A stretch of 64,000 bases of DNA from Tubiluchus corallicola (lineage: Eukaryota; Animalia; Priapulida): NCBI GenBank assembly GCA_030141605.1, contig JAQGDQ010000372.1, forward strand, positions 62,001-126,000. Direction: 5' to 3'. The notes under the pieces are model-generated. The model had not been told where the DNA came from and searched no databases. It saw only the letters and a list, made by a program, of their open reading frames with translations. The position numbers and the translations under genes were made by a program. Below, one piece after another: positions 57,401 through 64,000 of this stretch (position 1 is its first letter; every line of letters begins with the position of its first letter).

Positions 57401-60400
57401 CACCAAAGATGTATTAACGCAGATAGCAGGCAACTCACATGCAAGAGTGGCACCTCATTGGACGTATCAGGCAGGAGTGACAAATCATTGCAACAGAACA
57501 TGATAATCTATAAACTTACTGTTGCTGTTGTAGTTCTTGTTGTACGTAATTATGCAGCTAAATAAATTAGTAATTCTGTTTTTTTGTCATACAGGATATC
57601 TTAACACTCATGTGTTCATATGTTTTCCATCATCATAGTTGTTGTCATCATCGTCAGCAATCATCTTCAACAATCGCCATCATCATAATCATCATCATCA
57701 TCACGACCACCATCATCATCACCGTCACTATCACCATCACCATCAACACCACCACCACCATCATCATCACCTTCACCATCACCATCACCATAACCACCAT
57801 CACCATCACCATCAACACCACCACCACCATCATCACCACCATCATCATCACCATCACCATCACCATAACTATCATCACCACCATCACCATAACCATAACC
57901 ACCATCACCACCATCATCATCACCTTCACCATCACCATCACCATAACCACCATCACCATCACCACCACCATGACCAATATCATCATCGTCATTATCATGA
58001 TAATCATACCGCCATCATCATCATCATCACCACCGTCATCATCGTCATCATCATCATCATTATCGTCGGTAACAACAGCAGTAGCCTCATCATTATTATC
58101 GTTATCATCATCAACACCAAAGTAGTCTTCATTATCATCACCTTATACATAATTGTCATAATCATCATCGTCATCATCATTATCATCATCGCCCTTAATG
58201 TCATAATCGTTATCAGTATCATTCGATATAAAACTTTGTGGCATAAATAAAGTGAAAATAATTTGATAAATTCCATACAGCAAATTTTATAACAGTTTCT
58301 AAATGTTTGTAATTTTATTTGACCAGAATGAAGCCCGCCAACTCATTACAACTTACTGCTGGATGAGAATGGTACGTACAGAAGTAAAAATAATCGCAAT
58401 TTATGAATTTTATATGCAAAGTGCAATAAAATAATGGTGACTAAAAGCAACTTCCCTCTAAAAGTCATAAAATTGAGTTCTCTCAGTAATTGCCCTAATT
58501 ATTATCTTCTTACGAAGCTTCTCTATTCGCTATAAACCCCAGAGAAATGAGATCAATTGCGCGATAAATTTAACACTGTTTGAATAATGGCGGTAGGTTT
58601 AAATATTTGCAGTCTATTTATCGCCAGCAGACAAATAAGCGTCCATCGCGACTCATTAATCAAAGTAGCAAAGCAATATAATACGCATTGCTTCATTAAC
58701 TGGAAATTTGTCTTGATATGAACCGTTATAGCGGCTAACGCAACATTTGGGGGAACAAAAATGAAACCACTGCATCTGTCAAGCTGGTTAAACGACCATC
58801 TAAAATTCACAAAGCAGGCGAGCGTACAAGTCGATAAATTGAAATGCCATAGTTTTTGCAGAGTTTTCCGTTGGGAAGAAAGCTTCTTCCTGTATTTGAA
58901 CTTCATTCATCTCTCCCAGAGGAAAGTTTTCTGTATGGGCTGTGTGCTTCCATTCTAATACACAGTTATACAGTTGCTTCAATATAATGCAAAGCTATAA
59001 TGTTTAGACCTATACTAATTATGTTAATTCAATAACCTGCTAAACAGACGAGCGTCAGTCAGACCAAAAAAGTTTTGTTTAATCTGATTTTAGTAACAAA
59101 ATTTTGATTTAATTTATTCGGTGATATATAGTCAGCACGTAATTCTGTCTTAATCACGGTAGAATATCGATAATATAGCGAAAATAGTCAAATCTTTGTG
59201 TAAACACTACAGGACGGTTAGATGAAACAATCGCAAACTGAAAAATTTTTGACGCTTTTGAAAAAAATGGCGTGAAAATTTTTAACTTCGATCAGTAGCT
59301 TTACGGGCCTCTAAATGTTTATTTCGTTTTAGAATAATGTTCTGAGGGCAACAGTTTTGAAACAGGCGGAAACGTTTATTAATAATCGCTCGACAATAGG
59401 TAAAAATAATCAATCTGTCCTGTTAACGTAGTTAATGCAATCATGTTCAAACCACATGAGTGCCTTCATCATATCACAGTTAGATCCTCTTTTTTGCTTT
59501 CACTCGTGCTTGCAGCGCCATGGAACTAAATTTGGGTACATTTGTATCACACTTTTATTTTTTGCTATTGATTATAATAATAATAATAAATTTATTTGGA
59601 AGTGTAAATACAAATACAATATCAAGAAACACTGGGAAAAATAGATATTATTAATAATGATTATATGACAGCGTGCATATAATAAATGGCAAGAACCAGA
59701 AGTAAAACTTGTTAGGTGCTTGCACCATTATAAACACGTCCAAATAATGAGAAAAAAAGAACAAAAAAACCAAAGGTTTTTAGGCAATTAAAAAAAAGAG
59801 TTGTGCAAAGTAAGGATAGAAGTGATGGATAAAAGAATGTTCAAAAGGGTAGGAAGAGTGGCTTGTGGAGATTCGGCTCATGAGATGACGAAGTACTCTG
59901 AATTCTACTAAAAAGGAACACAAAGAAGAAATGAACTCAAAAAGAAACTTATAACAGAACATGAGTTGCAAATATGTAAATACTAACCCCCACTAACGTA
60001 CATGTATGTTGATAGTTTTGGAAAGATACCCCCACTAACGTACATGTATGTTGATAGTTCTGGAAAGATACCCCCACTAACGTACATGTATGTTGATAGT
60101 TTTGGAAAGATTACTACATGACGTGGAACTCTTCAGACTTTGGTGACATCAGCAGCGTGCATGTTCCTGCAAGGCAGGTGTGGCTACCAGATATTCTCCT
60201 CCTAAATAGGCAAGTAATGAAACTCATGTGTACACAGGTGGTCGTTCATCATAATAATAATTCTTTTTAATATAATATGCAATTAATGTACACAAACCAT
60301 ACAGTACAAAATACATATACATAGAATTTTTCTGTACAAACAGTCGGTGGACTGATGAATGCAATAGCGTCTATACTAAATCTATTTTAGAATCTACAAT

Positions 60401-62047
60401 CATTAATTAATTTCTGCTTAATTTCAACACTCACAAAATTCTAACATTGCAAAACAAAACAAAAAATCACATTAATGCACACAAAAAACGCAATGTAACA
60501 TCTACAAATTTTAAAACTGCACAACAATTGAAATCATTCAAATTAACACAAAGGAACTTATACAATGCTAATTAATTGTAAATTTATAAAATACATCACT
60601 GCATTAATTTACCAAACAATACAAACATAAAATTTACACATTGTCATGGATCTGACTACTTGTTACGGAACGGACTATTAAAATGTTATGCATCTGACTA
60701 CTTGTTACGGAACAGACTATTAACATGTTATGCATCTGACTACTTGTTATGGAACGGACTATTAAAATGTTATGCATCTGACTACTTGTTATGGAACGGA
60801 CTATTAAAATGTTATGCATCTGACTACTTGTTACGGAACGGACTATTAACATGTTATGCATCTGACTACTTGTTACGGAACGGACTATTAACATGTTATG
60901 GATCTGACTACTTGTTACGGAACGGACTATTAAAATGTTATGGATCTGACTACTTGTTACGGAACGGACTATTAACATGTTATGCATCTGACTACTTGTT
61001 ACGGAACGGACTATTAACATGTTATGCATCTGACTACTTGTTACGGAACGGACTATTAACATTTTATGGATCTGACTACTTGTTATGGAACGGACTATTA
61101 ACATGTTATGCATCTGACTACTTGTTATGGAACGGACTATTAACATGTTATGCATCTGACTACTTGTTACGGAACGGACTATTAACATGTTATGCATCTG
61201 ACTACTTGTTACGGAACGGACTATTAACATGTTATGCATCTGACTACTTGCTCAGTCAGTCATCTTCTGGTCCAAAAAAACTTGTTAAACCTGTTTTGCT
61301 GAATCACTAAAAACAGTTTTTTAAAATTCCTTTTTAAATATTAAACACAACCATTATTTTTTCTTGTTCTTTATTAGCTCCCCTATTTCCGATCCAGTAT
61401 TATTGTCATCAGTATTGATTTACAGTTTTATCACATCATGCTTTATTCATGCTTCATTCATGCTTTATTCATGCTTTAATTTACATATGATTACAGTGTG
61501 GAAGCATCAAACGGAGACATTCCTGAAACAGATGTGGTTGTTTACGAAAGTGACGGTTCGGCGAAGTACCTCTTCCCGGCCGTGTACCACAGCTCCTGCA
61601 GTTTAGATATCAGCTTCTTTCCCTTTGACGAACAGTATTGCAATCTAACCTTCCTCTCCTGGACACATACTGGAAACGAGATTGACATTTACAACAAACT
61701 GGAAGATGCAGACATGTCGTATTTTGTTCTTCACGAAGAGTGGATACTCCTGGACGTTAAAATGGTTCGAGTCGAAGCCATGTACCCCTGCTGTGACTAC
61801 CCATTCCCGGATGTCCGAGTCATCTTGCATATAAGGAGAAAACCACTGTTCTACGTGTTCAACCTTATAGCTCCGAGTGTGGTCATTACCGTGGTTGCTC
61901 TTGTGGGCTTCTTTAGTCCACAAACTGCCCACGGAGAGCGGGAGGAAAGGGTTACGTTGGGAATAACAACACTTCTTTCAATGTCCGTCCTTCTGATGAT
62001 GGTGTCTGATGAGATGCCAGCAACATCTGACACTGTCCCGCTTATAG
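45409..62047 (+). CDS. Nicotinic acetylcholine receptor alpha-type subunit (DEG-3/alpha9-10-like); 3' part continues beyond the window
   Basis: Candidate signal exon 45409-45466 (MWLDRVYLCAVLTWFQLML, phase-1 donor gtcagt; less certain). Then 52467-52621 (LMQYLLNNYNPAVIP...LSVNQIIDV), 58327-58371 (45 nt, NEARQLITTYCWMRM), 60100-60209 (110 nt, FWKDYYMTWNSSDFGDI...VWLPDILLLN; GC donor) and 61497-62047 (Cys-loop CSLDISFFPFDEQYC, loop C YPCC, RRKPLFYVFNLIAP M1, EERVTLGITTLLSMSV M2, MPATSDTVPLIG). Confidence 0.92.
47129..47545. mobile_element. GC-rich ~400-bp insert bounded by (TA)n tracts, probably a non-autonomous element
   Basis: Abrupt GC/CpG-rich block between atatatatatat and gatatatata; no TIRs recognised. 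Confidence 0.45.
47760..50436 (-). CDS. Unrecognised small secreted peptide/protein precursor nested antisense in the receptor intron 1 (frame and 3' exons uncertain)
   Basis: Signal-peptide exon from ATG 50436 (MNSKTLIVCLLVATLLNNCVE(VNG)) with donors after 50374 and 50367. Short AG/GT-bounded exons at 50009-49947, 49259-49231 and 48062-48017, and a candidate last exon 47852-47760. TATA-like TATTTAA at about 50515-50509. Confidence 0.55.
49322..49910. repeat. 30-bp minisatellite, ~19 units
   Basis: Unit gcagaggatgctgagttagtgggcaccaag, with 1-nt indels. Confidence 0.92.
50600..51300 (+). mobile_element. Decayed non-LTR retrotransposon ORF1-like fragment
   Basis: Frameshifted coiled-coil (ETRINQLSDKLEALDNKM, PLWSDIV) followed by GLLRDCDLSLTDDELLDEI, resembling LINE ORF1 proteins. 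Confidence 0.45.
51840..52330 (+). mobile_element. LINE ORF2 C-terminal fragment with tail
   Basis: RKTLTKNRTSAHRLVIETG...PRENRVC...HFLLYC motif; ends tcaataaactatccatctgtct. Confidence 0.7.
52650..53185. repeat. ~24-bp minisatellite starting about 30 nt after a receptor donor
   Basis: Unit tactgtacctctcgtatgtacgta with variants. Confidence 0.9.
53889..57130. repeat. 55-bp satellite, ~59 units, in receptor intron 2
   Basis: Unit agataaactcaagacagatacatgtcaatgtttttcactgtctgtca(a/g)acgatac. Confidence 0.97.
57630..58220. repeat. (CAT/CAC)n low-complexity microsatellite
   Basis: Directly visible; source of the poly-His/Thr/Met ORFs. Confidence 0.93.
59987..60111 (+). repeat. 42-bp triplication containing branch point, acceptor AG and first 12 nt of a receptor exon
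   Basis: cactaac at 59991, 60033 and 60075; gatag|tt(t/c)tggaaagat with exon starts at 60016, 60058 and 60100. Confidence 0.93.
60650..61250. repeat. 42-bp minisatellite, ~14 units
   Basis: Unit atctgactacttgttacggaacggactattaacatgttatgc. Confidence 0.95.
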
Positions 62048-62150
62048 GTAGAATATTCAGTTTTCTAACTTTTTAAATGATTTTTATATTTCACGAAGGT
62101 ATTTTAATAATAGCTTAAAAGCTGCTTTGATGTTGAAAACTGATTAACGA

Positions 62151-62587
62151 CAGGGGCGTAACTAGGGGAGCGAGGGGGGGGGGGCGCCCCCTGTCAAAAT
62201 TTGCGCCCCCCCTGCAAAATCGGACAAATAATTTTTTTGCAGTGAAAATTGCAGTTCGCATGTAATCATTTTCAATATGAATTAGAATTAGGTAAAAAAA
62301 TGTTTGGTAGCTTCAGTGTATTATTTTCTTAAAACCTGTGTGTGATAAATTTCTGTAAATAACAATTTAGTTAGAGGCACATTAATAACGTTAGGTTAAC
62401 TGAGAGTTAATTTTCTCATTATTGCTCTGTCCGCTACGCCGTCCTACACACACGCTAATTATAGGCTTGCATGCAGTATAAAAGGGGTTAAAAATTGGCT
62501 TAACCATTATTTAACCACTTCGGATACTTCGCCCTCCCAGAAAATTTTTGGGTCCCCCCCTGCTTGCCACATCTAGTTCCGGCCCTG
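62151..62587. mobile_element. hAT-type MITE
   Basis: Termini caggggcgtaactag / ctagttccggccctg with a perfect 8-bp TSD attaacga. Confidence 0.85.
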
Positions 62588-63413
62588 ATTAACGAACGTT
62601 TCGTCAAAGATAGTGTCACCATAAGATTAAATATTTTAGTCGCTTTAACTACCAACAGGAGTCTAATTTGTAGGTGGGAAGTTTTTGAAATCTTTAAATT
62701 GCTTTATTCTTGTGTATCTGATGTCTAATGTAGTTAGCTGGCACGTAAAGATTAATCCCATCTCATTAAAAATAGAAAGAATCCTTAAAGTTTGAATATA
62801 GGCAAATAATAGTAAAACGTGAACAACATGACAAGTGGGTATTACATATTTTATGCTGGCCATTAAGAGCATTGTAATGTTACTAACGTAAACAGAGTTT
62901 TGAGAAAACTATCATACAGGTTGTATACATTTTATGCTGGCCATTAAGAGCATGGTAATGTTACTAACGTAAACAGAGATTTGAGAACACTATCATACAC
63001 GTTGTATGATATTAATTATGGCAGTATTGGATTGCAGCGATATTTACTTCAGTGCAATTCCAATGGAACTTCCTAAACAAATTGCAAATACAGTTTCCTG
63101 TCGAATTTACAATACGCCGTCTGCATACAGCAGCATAGAAAAACATTTTCCTAAAAATACAAGACTAAATTATATTATGTAAATAAATAAATAAACTACA
63201 CGTGTTGCAGTAAATGTGATTCACATTACGCCTTACTGCGACAAGTGTGGTTTTATTCCTTTATTTACATAGTATAACAAAGTTGCAGAATCTTCCCAAC
63301 TAGTTAAAATATAAGAGTATATATATTATATTATATATTATATATAAGACTGTAAGTTATAGCTTACTAGAAGATAACATATATATATCACTGTATCTAA
63401 ATATTTATGTCAT

Positions 63414-64000
63414 TGTATATACAAGTAAGCAATGTGGTGCATTGTAATACAAGTAAGTGGCGCATTGACAGATAATCACATAATTCATATTCGTAACTAT
63501 TTAAAAAAATCGCTCTTTAAGGCTCACTCAAAGTCGTAATTACATATTATGTTTTCCTTTCTCAACTTTCAGGTTTATTGCTGTTATACCATTGATATTA
63601 TTGCATCTTTTACTTCATCCTTATTTACATTAAGTTATCTACAGAAGCATGCATAACTATAATCATTTTTTCGTTTAAGTAAGGTGAGTGTGTTAATGAC
63701 GTATGGTCGTACACTCACCTCGCACTACTCAAATTATTACATCATTTACTTCATCCTTATTTACATTAAGTTATCTACAGAAGCATGCATAACTATTATC
63801 ATTTTTTCATTTAAGTAAGGTGAGTGTGTTAATGACCGTATGGTCGTACACTCACCTCGCACTACTCAAATTATTACATCATTTACTTCATCCTTATTTA
63901 CATTAAGTTATCTACAGAAGCATGCATAACTATAATCATTTTTTCATTTAAGTAAGGTGAGTGTGTTAATGACCGTATGGTCGTACACTCACCTCGCACT
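63414..64000 (+). mobile_element. Second copy of the 24355 repeat with its 3' stem-loop segment tandemly amplified (~137-bp period, at least 3 copies)
   Basis: aaggtgagtgtgttaatgac...gtacactcacctcgcact recurs at 63681, 63817 and 63954. Confidence 0.8.

Noticed and set aside
57610-58276. His-rich or Thr/Ile-rich ORFs
   Set aside because: (CAT/CAC)n low-complexity intronic repeat.
60634-61310. 201- and 216-aa repeat ORFs
   Set aside because: A 42-bp minisatellite inside a receptor intron; open only because the period is a multiple of 3.

Overview
AT-rich, intron-rich invertebrate animal DNA (protostome-like proteins; the taxon is an inference). I could reconstruct four spliced genes exon by exon. 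(1) Minus strand: a PLP-dependent class-V aminotransferase/C-S lyase (Egt2 / L-cysteine desulfhydrase / isopenicillin-N-epimerase-like), running off the left edge. (2) Plus strand: a complete MAK/ICK(CILK1)-family kinase with two candidate terminal exons. (3) Minus strand: a complete COX5B. (4) Plus strand: an alpha-type, DEG-3-like nicotinic acetylcholine receptor subunit, running off the right edge. A fifth, unrecognised small secreted-peptide gene appears to be nested antisense in receptor intron 1. The rest is MITEs, LINE fragments, a tRNA-SINE, a probable solo LTR, microsatellites and several minisatellites. The most unusual signals are tandem repeats that have amplified real splice sites (28 copies of a COX5B donor, 3 copies of a receptor acceptor) and the nested peptide gene, which can be read in two frames through tandem donors. 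All gene models come from reading the sequence by eye and need RNA-seq confirmation. The long ORFs in the supplied track are mostly repeat artefacts.
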